Source: Candidatus Colwellbacteria bacterium RIFCSPHIGHO2_02_FULL_45_17 (GTDB lineage: Bacteria > Patescibacteriota > Minisyncoccia > UBA6257 > Colwellbacteraceae). From it: a stretch of DNA of 30,185 bases. This document shows positions 9,265-17,748 of this stretch, piece by piece. Positions within the stretch are counted from its first letter, which is position 1, and each line of letters starts with the position of its first letter. The stretch is taken from positions 1-30,185 of the forward strand of contig MHIV01000010.1 in assembly GCA_001817685.1 (NCBI GenBank). The letters run 5' to 3'. The position numbers and the translations under genes are program-made. The notes beneath the pieces were generated by a model that did no database searches, had not been told where the DNA came from, and worked only from the letters and a program-made list of their open reading frames with translations.

Positions 9265-9513
9265 ATGCAACTACATGAATTAAAACCCACGACAGTAAAT
9301 AAAGGCAAAAAGCGCATCGGTCGCGGTGGTAAACGCGGCACATATTCTGGAAAGGGAATGAAGGGTCAAAAATCGCGCGCCGGTAGAAGAATTAGGCCTG
9401 CGATAAGAGACTTGATGCAAAGAACGCCAAAATTGCGCGGTGCCAAAAACCAGGCTTCGCGTTATAAGAGAACTAGGAAAGAAAAGAGAGCAAAAAGACA
9501 AAAGAATGCTTAA
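9265..9513 (+). CDS. rplO: 50S ribosomal protein uL15, C-terminally truncated (82 aa)
   Basis: KRIGRGGKRGTYSGKGMKGQKSRAG and PKLRG of the uL15 N-terminus; position between rpsE and secY. Confidence 0.93.
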   Translation: MQLHELKPTTVNKGKKRIGRGGKRGTYSGKGMKGQKSRAGRRIRPAIRDLMQRTPKLRGAKNQASRYKRTRKEKRAKRQKNA

Positions 9514-10783
9514 CTTCAAAAGAGGAGCAAAACTTTTCAAGTTAAAAGACTTGAGAAAAAGAGTGATAACAGTTGCGGTTATACTCGTTGCTTTTCGCAT
9601 TCTAGCAAATATCCCAATACCTGGCGTAGATAGCGAGGCGCTTATATCTTTCTTCTCCAGTAACCAGCTCTTGGGATTCTTGAACATTTTCTCTGGCGGC
9701 GCGCTTTCTAACTTATCAATCGCCATGTTAGGTCTCGGTCCATACATCACAGCGATCATTATCATGCAGCTCTTAACGATGATTTTTCCAAAATTGAAGT
9801 CTCTATACTATGAAGAGGGCGAACAAGGACGTTCAAAGTTTAACCGTTACTCTCGATATCTGACCGTTCCGCTTGCTGGTATGCAGGGTTATGGTTTTCT
9901 GAGGATCTTGGCCTCGCAGGGAATTCTGCCCAATCTTACACTCGCCTCGACACTCGTGAATGTTCTCATAATAGTCGCGGGATCTATGATCCTCGTATGG
10001 TTCGGTGAGCTCATAACTGAACAGAAAATGGGCAACGGAGTTTCACTTTTGATTTTCGCTGGTATCGTAAGTGGTATACCGCTATCCATGAGAAACGCAT
10101 TGCTCTCATATACGACGAGTCAGCTCCCGACTTTTCTAGCCTTTATAACGGTGGCATTACTCGTAATCGTTGGTATTGTCCTTGTGCATGAAGGTGAGAG
10201 AAAGGTGCCTATCTCCTATGCGAAGCGTGTGAGAGGAAACAAAATGTACGGAGGTGTATCTTCTTATTTGCCGTTCAGAGTGGGTCAGGCTGGCGTGATT
10301 CCAATTATTTTCGCGATTTCCCTCTTACTTTTTCCTCAATTCTTTGGTCAGATTATTGCCGGGTTCTCTCCGGGAATCGGCGCGACGATAAACGATTTTA
10401 CGACAGGGCTCCTAAACAATCAGGTTGTGTACGGCTTGATATATTTCACCCTAGTGTTCCTGTTCACGTATTTTTATATAGGGATAACGTTTGACCCAGA
10501 TGAAATTTCGAAAAACCTTCAACGAAGCGGTGGTTTCGTCCCTGGTATCAGGCCTGGCCAGCCGACTGCGGACTTTCTAAAAAGCATTGTCTCAAAAATC
10601 ACTTTCTTCGGAGGATTATTCCTCGGATTCATTGCGGTTCTTCCGACAATCACACAATCTGTCACAGGCACGCAGGCCTTAACTTTAGGTGGAACTTCAA
10701 TACTCATTGTAGTTGCTGTTGTGATAGAAACCGCTAAACAAATTGACGCTGAGTTAACAGTTCGTGAATACGAGGGGGTATAA
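9506..10783 (+). CDS. secY: Preprotein translocase subunit SecY (425 aa)
   Basis: IPIPG, FSGGAL, LGLGPYITA, GNGVSLLIFAGI, QAGVIPIIFA, GFVPGIRPG, GGTSILIVV. Start at ATG 9506. Confidence 0.99.
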   Translation: MLNFKRGAKLFKLKDLRKRVITVAVILVAFRILANIPIPGVDSEALISFFSSNQLLGFLNIFSGGALSNLSIAMLGLGPYITAIIIMQLLTMIFPKLKSLYYEEGEQGRSKFNRYSRYLTVPLAGMQGYGFLRILASQGILPNLTLASTLVNVLIIVAGSMILVWFGELITEQKMGNGVSLLIFAGIVSGIPLSMRNALLSYTTSQLPTFLAFITVALLVIVGIVLVHEGERKVPISYAKRVRGNKMYGGVSSYLPFRVGQAGVIPIIFAISLLLFPQFFGQIIAGFSPGIGATINDFTTGLLNNQVVYGLIYFTLVFLFTYFYIGITFDPDEISKNLQRSGGFVPGIRPGQPTADFLKSIVSKITFFGGLFLGFIAVLPTITQSVTGTQALTLGGTSILIVVAVVIETAKQIDAELTVREYEGV

Positions 10784-10790
10784 TAAAGTC

Positions 10791-11450
10791 ATGCAGAAGT
10801 CCATTCACGTAATGGGTCCTCCTGGCTCCGGGAAAGGAACACAGGCAGACCTCGTCGCAGACTATCTTAATGCGATCCACTTCGATTCTGGAAGATATTT
10901 TGAGCGCCTCATAAAGGAGAATGATCCGTTGATGACCCCTGAACTTAGAAGGCAGTTTAACGAGGGAGAATTACTGGACCCGAGGATGTTTCTTGAGCTT
11001 GTGAGCAAGCGCATAGAGGCCATTGCAAACTCTGGGTTTAGCGTAGTTTTCAGCGGTCAGCCAAGGACTATTTTAGAAACCTTCGGAGATGAAAATTTGC
11101 ATGGTTTTATGGAAATTCTAAGCGGTCTATACGGTAAAGAGAACATTATTATGTTTAAGCTGATGATACCTGAGGAGGTGTCGATAGACAGAAATAGTAA
11201 CCGCCTAGTGTGTTCTATCTGTAAGAAAGGAAGTATAGTTCGTGACGCTAAGATGTGTTCCTTATGCGGCGGTGACTTGTACAAACGCACCCTAGATGAT
11301 CCAGAAGTAATAAAAACTAGATTAAAAGAATATAGCGAGCGCACAGAGCCGCTCTTTAAAATGTTGAAGGAGGGGGGGTTTAATGTAATCGAAATAGACG
11401 GCACACCGACACCAGCGGAAATTTTCAAGAATATACAAAAACATTTGTAG
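10791..11450 (+). CDS. adk: Adenylate kinase-family NMP kinase with CxxC/CxxC zinc LID (219 aa)
   Basis: P-loop GPPGSGKGT; CSIC...CSLC; DD.EVIKTRLKEY; synteny after secY. The NMP-binding motifs are divergent. Confidence 0.88.
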   Translation: MQKSIHVMGPPGSGKGTQADLVADYLNAIHFDSGRYFERLIKENDPLMTPELRRQFNEGELLDPRMFLELVSKRIEAIANSGFSVVFSGQPRTILETFGDENLHGFMEILSGLYGKENIIMFKLMIPEEVSIDRNSNRLVCSICKKGSIVRDAKMCSLCGGDLYKRTLDDPEVIKTRLKEYSERTEPLFKMLKEGGFNVIEIDGTPTPAEIFKNIQKHL

Positions 11451-12211
11451 TGGGAAAGTTTATTAAGTCCGAAAAGCAGATAGATAATATCAGGAAGTCT
11501 GGGATAATACTTTCTGCGACTCTCAAGGAGCTCGCGAAGCAAGTTAAGCCAGGGGTGAAACCCGTTGACTTAGATATGCTCGCTAGGGAATTAATCGAAA
11601 AAAAAGGAGGTACTCCAGCTTTTCTCGGTTACAAACCAGAAGGCGCCTTATACCCCTTTCCTTTTGCGCTTTGTGTATCGGTAAATGAAGTAATAGTCCA
11701 CGGCAGGCCGTCGGACAATCCCCTAAAAGAAGGAGACATAGTAACTTTGGATTTAGGTGTAGATTGGCAAGGCGGCATCAGCGACTCAGCGATTACAATT
11801 CCCGTTGGGAAGATAACAAAGGAAGCGCAACACTTAATAGAACTAACAAGTCGTGCATTGGATAAAGCAATCGACGAGGTCAAGCCCGGGAAAACGGTGG
11901 GGGATATTGGCCATGCGGTAGAGAAAACCGTAAGGCTTGGAGGATTGAACATAGTGGATGGTTTAACCGGCCACGGAGTTGGAGAGAAAGTTCACGAGGA
12001 CCCCGTTATTTACAATTTTGGAGAGCCAAACACGGGAATGGAACTCAAACCCGGGATGGTTATTGCGATTGAGCCGATGGTCTCTATGGGAGGAAAAGGG
12101 ATAAAACAACTCGCAGATGACAGCTTCGTAACCTCAGACGGAAGCCTGTCGGCGCAGTTCGAGCATACAGTCCTTGTTACCAGCGGCGGCAACGAAATTT
12201 TAACAAAATGA
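11450..12211 (+). CDS. map: Methionine aminopeptidase type I
   Basis: CVSVNEVIVHG, DLGV...DSAIT, GHGVG, AIEPM, SAQFEHTV. Confidence 0.98.
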   Translation: MGKFIKSEKQIDNIRKSGIILSATLKELAKQVKPGVKPVDLDMLARELIEKKGGTPAFLGYKPEGALYPFPFALCVSVNEVIVHGRPSDNPLKEGDIVTLDLGVDWQGGISDSAITIPVGKITKEAQHLIELTSRALDKAIDEVKPGKTVGDIGHAVEKTVRLGGLNIVDGLTGHGVGEKVHEDPVIYNFGEPNTGMELKPGMVIAIEPMVSMGGKGIKQLADDSFVTSDGSLSAQFEHTVLVTSGGNEILTK

Positions 12212-12765
12212 AGCGCATAGTTATAGCGGTCGTGGGACTTACGGGTTCTGGAAAGAGCGAAGCAGTAAGCCGTTTAGTTGAAAAGGGGTTCGTACGAATT
12301 GGTTTTAACGATATTTTATACATGGAGCTTGATATGCGCGGACTTTCGCACATCCAAAAAAATGAAAAACCGATTCGGGAGGAGTTAAGAACCAAGGAAG
12401 GTATGGGAGTTATGGCCGTCAGATCGCTTCCTCAAATTGATGTTATTTTGGAGAAAGGCGAAAATGTTGTAATAGAAAGTTTGTATAGCTGGTCGGAATA
12501 TAAAGTTATCAAAGAAAAGTATCAAAATGTCTTTAAGATTTTGGCGATTTACGCACCACCGGAAATAAGATACGAACGGTTGAGTAAAAGGGAAGTGCGT
12601 CCTCTAACTCACGAAGGCGCGAAGGCACGGGACTATGCGGAGATAGAAAATATTGAGAAGGCAGGCCCAATAGCCATAGCGGATTGGACAATAATAAACG
12701 TAGGCACAAAAGAGGAGCTGATAAACGACGTCGATAAACTAGTCGATGGTATAACTACGAGTTAA
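12208..12765 (+). CDS. P-loop nucleotide kinase, UPF0200/COG0237 (dephospho-CoA kinase-like) family
   Basis: Walker A GLTGSGKS; IYAPPEIRYERL..R, RD..E and IAIADWTIIN resemble the archaeal-type UPF0200 kinases. Substrate cannot be determined. Confidence 0.7.
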   Translation: MKRIVIAVVGLTGSGKSEAVSRLVEKGFVRIGFNDILYMELDMRGLSHIQKNEKPIREELRTKEGMGVMAVRSLPQIDVILEKGENVVIESLYSWSEYKVIKEKYQNVFKILAIYAPPEIRYERLSKREVRPLTHEGAKARDYAEIENIEKAGPIAIADWTIINVGTKEELINDVDKLVDGITTS

Positions 12766-14081
12766 AACTCGAGGCGCCACAAACCCGAATCGTTAGCATA
12801 GTAAAGCGATTCCCCGTCGCTGTCGTACGCAAAGTCACCGACATCCTCACTAATTGACACCTCGTTAGTTGGCAGAAAACTGTCTATCTCAACAAACCTC
12901 AAAATGTTATCCGAGGTTTTAATAAAGAGATGAGTGTTGCCAATATACCAGATGACTTTTTTGACAGGCGTATCTAGGGTAACAAGTGAGATTTCTTGTT
13001 TGCCTCTGTCGCCTTCCTCCCATTCAAAATCGTAAACGCTAGTTAGTCCTGTACTCTCAACGAATACCAAGAATCGTCCTCCTGGTGAAGCGTCAAAATA
13101 AGTCGCATCAGTAGACATAGTTGTTGTAGTCGCTTCTTTATTATCTATGGATAAGAGTTCTCCGTTATTCTCAAGGATGGTTATCTTCTTTGCGGAAGAA
13201 TCAGCATTCCACTGTAGAATATTTCCGGTCTCTCCGTCGTAAACAACAGTCTTGGTATCAAGAAGTAGATTGTATGCAAACATACCCGCATCATTTATCC
13301 AATAAACCTCGTTTTGAGAAACAATGAAGTCACTCGCAGACGAATCTATCTGGCTTACGAGAAGGCCCTCTGTATCAAGAGTGTAGATTGCACGTTCAGT
13401 AAGGACCACAAATCTTCGGTCGTCATAAGGGTACGGCTGGATTTTGACTATAGAAACAGCGCCCTGGAGAGCAAGCTGTGCTTCCTTCAAACTGTTGAAC
13501 ATCGCCGTGAGATTTACGGATGGATTTAGGTCAAATATATTGGACAAATAATAGTCTCCAGTGTCGCTATCTTTCGTAATCACAATCCCGTTTTCCGTAA
13601 AGTGAGCAATCTCGTTACCAGTTATAGATTCTCCATCAAATTCGATTGCACCACTTGATTCCGTGACAAATAAATCATTTGCAAAATAGAATCCATCAAC
13701 TTCATCGCGAATTTTCTCTCTATTTTGAGCTACAAGTACTACAGAATCAAAAATCGATACTGCGCTGTGTTTTACATCAATATTCTTCTTCCATTCGCTG
13801 TAATCCGCGAGGTTAATAACCAACTGATACTCTCCAGGTCGCAAGTCATCTATCAGTGTACCAGTGTCTAATATGCCAGCCTCGTTTTTAATCTGTTCGC
13901 CATCGAGTCTTATTTCGACATCGACTGGGTTGCTCTTCACATAAATTCCACCGGTTTCCTGTATCAATTTATTCTCGAAATCTATGCGAAACCCCATGGC
14001 GTAAAAAATAACCAGAGCCGCCGCAATGAGGAAAAAAAGCAGTGAAGAATAGAATAATAGCCGCCTGGTTTTAAGAGTCAT
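12762..14081 (-). CDS. PEGA-domain membrane-anchored protein with C-terminal beta-rich (propeller-like) region
   Basis: 439 aa; N-terminal TM helix; GGIYVKSNP....RLDG and LRPGEYQLVI....SEWKK are PEGA-like. The only long minus-strand ORF not overlapping another gene. Confidence 0.8.
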   Translation of the reverse strand: MTLKTRRLLFYSSLLFFLIAAALVIFYAMGFRIDFENKLIQETGGIYVKSNPVDVEIRLDGEQIKNEAGILDTGTLIDDLRPGEYQLVINLADYSEWKKNIDVKHSAVSIFDSVVLVAQNREKIRDEVDGFYFANDLFVTESSGAIEFDGESITGNEIAHFTENGIVITKDSDTGDYYLSNIFDLNPSVNLTAMFNSLKEAQLALQGAVSIVKIQPYPYDDRRFVVLTERAIYTLDTEGLLVSQIDSSASDFIVSQNEVYWINDAGMFAYNLLLDTKTVVYDGETGNILQWNADSSAKKITILENNGELLSIDNKEATTTTMSTDATYFDASPGGRFLVFVESTGLTSVYDFEWEEGDRGKQEISLVTLDTPVKKVIWYIGNTHLFIKTSDNILRFVEIDSFLPTNEVSISEDVGDFAYDSDGESLYYANDSGLWRLEF

Positions 14082-14088
14082 TATCCCA

Positions 14089-14118
14089 TATACTAAAGGA
14101 CGTGAAATTTGTTGTAAA
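14089..14118. promoter_or_regulatory. Bidirectional sigma70-type promoter between the PEGA gene and murA
   Basis: Plus strand: TATACT (14089-94), 7 nt before the murA GTG. Minus strand: TTTACA (14118-13)-17 nt-TAGTAT (14095-90), 8 nt before the PEGA ATG. Confidence 0.6.
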
Positions 14119-15370
14119 CGGTGGCAACAGATTGGAAGGCGAGATAGAAGTGAGGGGATTTAAAAATGCTGCTACGCCAATCCTTGCCGCCACGCTTCTA
14201 ACTGAAACGCCATGCGTCGTAAAAAATCTTCCCTTAATAGGGGACGTTTTAAATTTTCTCAAAATTTTAGAGGGGATAGGATCTAATATAGAATGGCTTA
14301 ACGAGCGAACCGTAAAAATAACCAATAAAAACCTCGATGTTAGCAAATTAGATAAAGACTTGGTTTGCAAAATGCGTTCATCAATACTCCTACTCGGTCC
14401 GATTCTTGCAAGGTTCGGGGAAATACAAATGAGCACACCTGGAGGTTGTCACATCGGAGTACGTCCGATGGACGCTCATTTCGACGCATTTAAAGAATTA
14501 GGATTCGACGTCGATTACGACGAAAAGAAGGATACTTATTCTGTTAAAAAAACCCGTGTTTCAGAATCAAGGGAGGTTGTACTTAAAGAATTTAGCGTTA
14601 CCGCAACAGAGAATCTGCTTATGTTCGGAGCCCTAAATCCGGGAATAAGCATAAAAATCGCAGCCATCGAACCGCACGTAGAAGATCTTGGAAGGTTTCT
14701 AATCTCTCTCGGCGCAAAAATTGATGGCGTTGGGACTCACAGCTTGAGAATTGAGAGGGGGATTGATACCAATCTCGAAGTCGAGCACACAATAATTAAC
14801 GATCCAATTGAAGCGGGCACGTTCATAGCACTTGGGCTAGCCACAGGAAGCGACATAAGTGTCTTGGACGTCCCAGTCGAGATGCTTACACTGCCTTTCC
14901 TAAAATTTAAAGAAATGGGAGCAATACTTGATATAGAAAACGATAAGGTAATAGTTCACGGCAAGAAATCGAAACTAATCGCAGCAAAAAAGATAGAGGT
15001 GAGGCCATACCCGGGGTTCCCTTCGGATTTGCAAGCACCATTTGGCGTTCTAGCAACACAAGCTGAGGGCGAAACGTTGATATTCGATACACTCTATGAG
15101 GGTAGGTTGAAATATTTGTATGAACTTGAGAAGATGGGCGCAACCATTGAGATTCTTGATCCGCACAGGGGTATAATCAAAGGCCCGACTAGATTGAAGG
15201 GCACAGAAGTCGAGAGCGTAGATTTACGGGCTGGTGCGACTCTTGTAATCGCGGCACTTGCGGCCGAAGGTAAAAGCACTCTAAACAATGCAGAGCAAAT
15301 AGATAGAGGATATGAGAAAATTGACGAACGGCTCGCAAGGTTAGGAGCGGAGATAAAACGTGTAGAATAA
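14102..15370 (+). CDS. murA: UDP-N-acetylglucosamine 1-carboxyvinyltransferase
   Basis: KNAA, MRSSI, PGGCHIGVRP (catalytic Cys retained), PYPGFPSDLQ, DLRAGA, IDRGYE. Confidence 0.98.
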   Translation: MKFVVNGGNRLEGEIEVRGFKNAATPILAATLLTETPCVVKNLPLIGDVLNFLKILEGIGSNIEWLNERTVKITNKNLDVSKLDKDLVCKMRSSILLLGPILARFGEIQMSTPGGCHIGVRPMDAHFDAFKELGFDVDYDEKKDTYSVKKTRVSESREVVLKEFSVTATENLLMFGALNPGISIKIAAIEPHVEDLGRFLISLGAKIDGVGTHSLRIERGIDTNLEVEHTIINDPIEAGTFIALGLATGSDISVLDVPVEMLTLPFLKFKEMGAILDIENDKVIVHGKKSKLIAAKKIEVRPYPGFPSDLQAPFGVLATQAEGETLIFDTLYEGRLKYLYELEKMGATIEILDPHRGIIKGPTRLKGTEVESVDLRAGATLVIAALAAEGKSTLNNAEQIDRGYEKIDERLARLGAEIKRVE

Positions 15371-15374
15371 ATAG

Positions 15375-16382
15375 ATGTTTATAAGAAAGATAGGTATAGA
15401 CTTAGGTACCACCAATACGGTGGTTTATGTGCCAGGCAGAGGGTTCGTAATAAACGAACCTACTATCGTTGCTCTCAGTCTGCCAAGCAATAACGTTCTC
15501 GCAGTCGGACGTGAAGCAAAAGATATGATCGGAAGAACCCCAGGAGACATTGCCGCTTACAGACCTCTGAAAGACGGTGTCGTTGCTGATTATTATATAA
15601 CGCGCGCGATGCTAAAGTACTTTATCGGTAAAGCAGTAGGAAGATGGAATGCGATTAAGCCAGACGTAGTAATTTCGACACCCGCCGGAGTAACCATGAC
15701 GGAACGTAGGGCCGTAACGAATGCCGCTCGTGAAGCAGGGGCCAAGAACGCCTATGTGGTTCGCGAGCCTTTGCTCGCGGCTCTTGGGGCAGGTATTACA
15801 ATCAATTCCTCGTCAGGAAATATGATTGTTAACATGGGTGGTGGAACGTCGGAGGTGGCCGTTATATCTCTTGGCGGAATAGTCGCATGGTCAAGCCTCA
15901 GAGTCGCCGGAAATAAGTTCGATCAGGCGATAATAGATTATGTTAAGAAGAAATATGCGGTATCAATAGGCGAACAAACCGCTGAAGCGGCAAAGATTGC
16001 TATCGGAGGTGCAATTCCGCTCAAGGAAAAAAGGGAGTTTCAAATAAGAGGAAGAGACTTAATATCTGGGTTACCAAAAGACTTAACGCTTAGTTCAAAT
16101 GAGATTGCTGATGCGCTTAACCCGCTTCTGATTGATATAGTTGCATCAGTCCAAAGTGTTTTTAATGAGACACCACCGGAGCTAGTAGCGGATGTAATGG
16201 AAAAGGGGATTATTCTCTCTGGCGGGAGCGCCGGATTGAGGGACATCGATGAATTCTTCAAACGACTATTGGGGGTACCAACGTATGTCGCAGAAGAATC
16301 CATCCTCTGTGTAGCCAAAGGATCGGGCATAATTCTCGAGCACCTCGATGTATACAAAAGAACCCTTCTCCAGAAACGATAA
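15375..16382 (+). CDS. mreB: Rod-shape actin MreB/Mbl paralogue 1
   Basis: IGIDLGTTNT, RPLKDGVVAD, REP..AALGAG, GGGTSE, ETPPEL..D, GIILSGG. Confidence 0.93.
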   Translation: MFIRKIGIDLGTTNTVVYVPGRGFVINEPTIVALSLPSNNVLAVGREAKDMIGRTPGDIAAYRPLKDGVVADYYITRAMLKYFIGKAVGRWNAIKPDVVISTPAGVTMTERRAVTNAAREAGAKNAYVVREPLLAALGAGITINSSSGNMIVNMGGGTSEVAVISLGGIVAWSSLRVAGNKFDQAIIDYVKKKYAVSIGEQTAEAAKIAIGGAIPLKEKREFQIRGRDLISGLPKDLTLSSNEIADALNPLLIDIVASVQSVFNETPPELVADVMEKGIILSGGSAGLRDIDEFFKRLLGVPTYVAEESILCVAKGSGIILEHLDVYKRTLLQKR

Positions 16383-17227
16383 TGCTTATCGGGCAGGACA
16401 ATCTAGAAGAAATCTTTGGAAATTTAATAAAGAGTAATCAACTTTCTCACAGCTATATTTTTTTTGGAGAACCGCAGGTGGGAAAATACTCCTTTGCCCT
16501 TTCGTTAGCGTCATGCTTAGAAAAGGGGATATTCGAAAAAGTGGAAGTTGAGAACGAACTCCCAAAGCATGTTTTAGAAGAGACGCTCATCGTAAGACCA
16601 GAGGGAGACTCCATAGGCATAGACGCAATCCGTGATATAAAGCACTTTCTATCACGTAAGCCGGTGTACTCGGCCCATCGAGTCGTCATTGTGGACGAAG
16701 CGCATACTATGACTTCCCAGGCACAGCATGCCACACTAAAGATCGCAGAGGAGCCGCCCCCCCATAGCCTCTTGATTCTAATCACGTTAAACATCGACTC
16801 TTTGCTTACAACATTGCAATCAAGATTCCAGAGAGTGTATTTTCCGAGATTGAGAACAGAAGAAATTGCGAAGCTGTTGGAAGACGACTACAAGATAGAT
16901 AGAAGTAAAGCAGACACCTTAGCAAAGTTATCGCTTGGAAGGCCTGGCAGAGCCGTATCCTTAGCAACGAACGAGGAAGAGAAGGAAAGATTTAAAACAG
17001 CATCTTCCATCCTTGCCAAAAAGACATCAAAAAGCGATGTTATCGGGGAGCTTCTCGAGAACGAAGACAGGATTAATCCGCTTTTCGCAGAGCTAATAGC
17101 GAGACTTGCTAACGACCCTATAAAAAACTACGATACCCTGAGGTCTATCACGCTAAGAATGTCGGCAATGTCACAATTCTCAGTTAACAAAAGGTTACAA
17201 ATCGAAACCGCACTATGGAATATCTAG
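16382..17227 (+). CDS. holB: DNA polymerase III delta' (clamp-loader) subunit
   Basis: HSYIFFGEPQVGK, IGIDAIR, IVDEAHTMT..AQHATLKIAEEPP, TLQSRFQ. The zinc-binding Cys cluster is absent. Confidence 0.85.
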   Translation: MLIGQDNLEEIFGNLIKSNQLSHSYIFFGEPQVGKYSFALSLASCLEKGIFEKVEVENELPKHVLEETLIVRPEGDSIGIDAIRDIKHFLSRKPVYSAHRVVIVDEAHTMTSQAQHATLKIAEEPPPHSLLILITLNIDSLLTTLQSRFQRVYFPRLRTEEIAKLLEDDYKIDRSKADTLAKLSLGRPGRAVSLATNEEEKERFKTASSILAKKTSKSDVIGELLENEDRINPLFAELIARLANDPIKNYDTLRSITLRMSAMSQFSVNKRLQIETALWNI

Positions 17228-17748
17228 AAAATCTTGAATTGACGTTTAATAAGCTACTCACTGATTTGAAAGACGATCTTTCGACCATTCGCACAAACAG
17301 GCCCACTCCCAAGCTAATTGAGGATATAGAGGCTGTGTATTTGGGTACGTCGATGCCAATCAAACACTTAGGTACCATTTCTGTCGAGCCGCCAAGGAAT
17401 CTTGTTGTCACGCCGTGGGACAAAGAAGCCATAAACAGCGTATCGAAGGCCATAGAGGATGCAAAATTGGGCTTTAGCTCCTCCGTAATGGGTGCCGTTG
17501 TGCGAGTTGCATTACCTCAGCTCACAGATGAAAGAAGAAAAGAACTGGATCGTATAGTAAGAAACATAGCTGAGCAAAATCGAATTAAGATGCGCGTAGT
17601 AAGGGACGAAGTTAACAAGAGAGTAAACCAGGAGACGGACCAAGACACGAAGTTTAGAAATAAGGAAAAACTGCAGAAACTGGTTGATGCGTTTAATGAA
17701 AAGCTTGACGAGTCCGTCGAGTCGAAACTCACAGAGATTTCTCAATAA
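17215..17748 (+). CDS. frr: Ribosome recycling factor
   Basis: IRTNRPTP, LVVTPWDK, LPQLTDERRKEL, RVVRD. Confidence 0.96.
   Translation: MEYLENLELTFNKLLTDLKDDLSTIRTNRPTPKLIEDIEAVYLGTSMPIKHLGTISVEPPRNLVVTPWDKEAINSVSKAIEDAKLGFSSSVMGAVVRVALPQLTDERRKELDRIVRNIAEQNRIKMRVVRDEVNKRVNQETDQDTKFRNKEKLQKLVDAFNEKLDESVESKLTEISQ

Noticed and set aside
9226-9520. Frameshifted remainder of uL15 or a hidden uL30
   Set aside because: The 39-nt gap is too short for uL30, and secY starts inside the rplO stop region; no frame shows uL15 C-terminal motifs.
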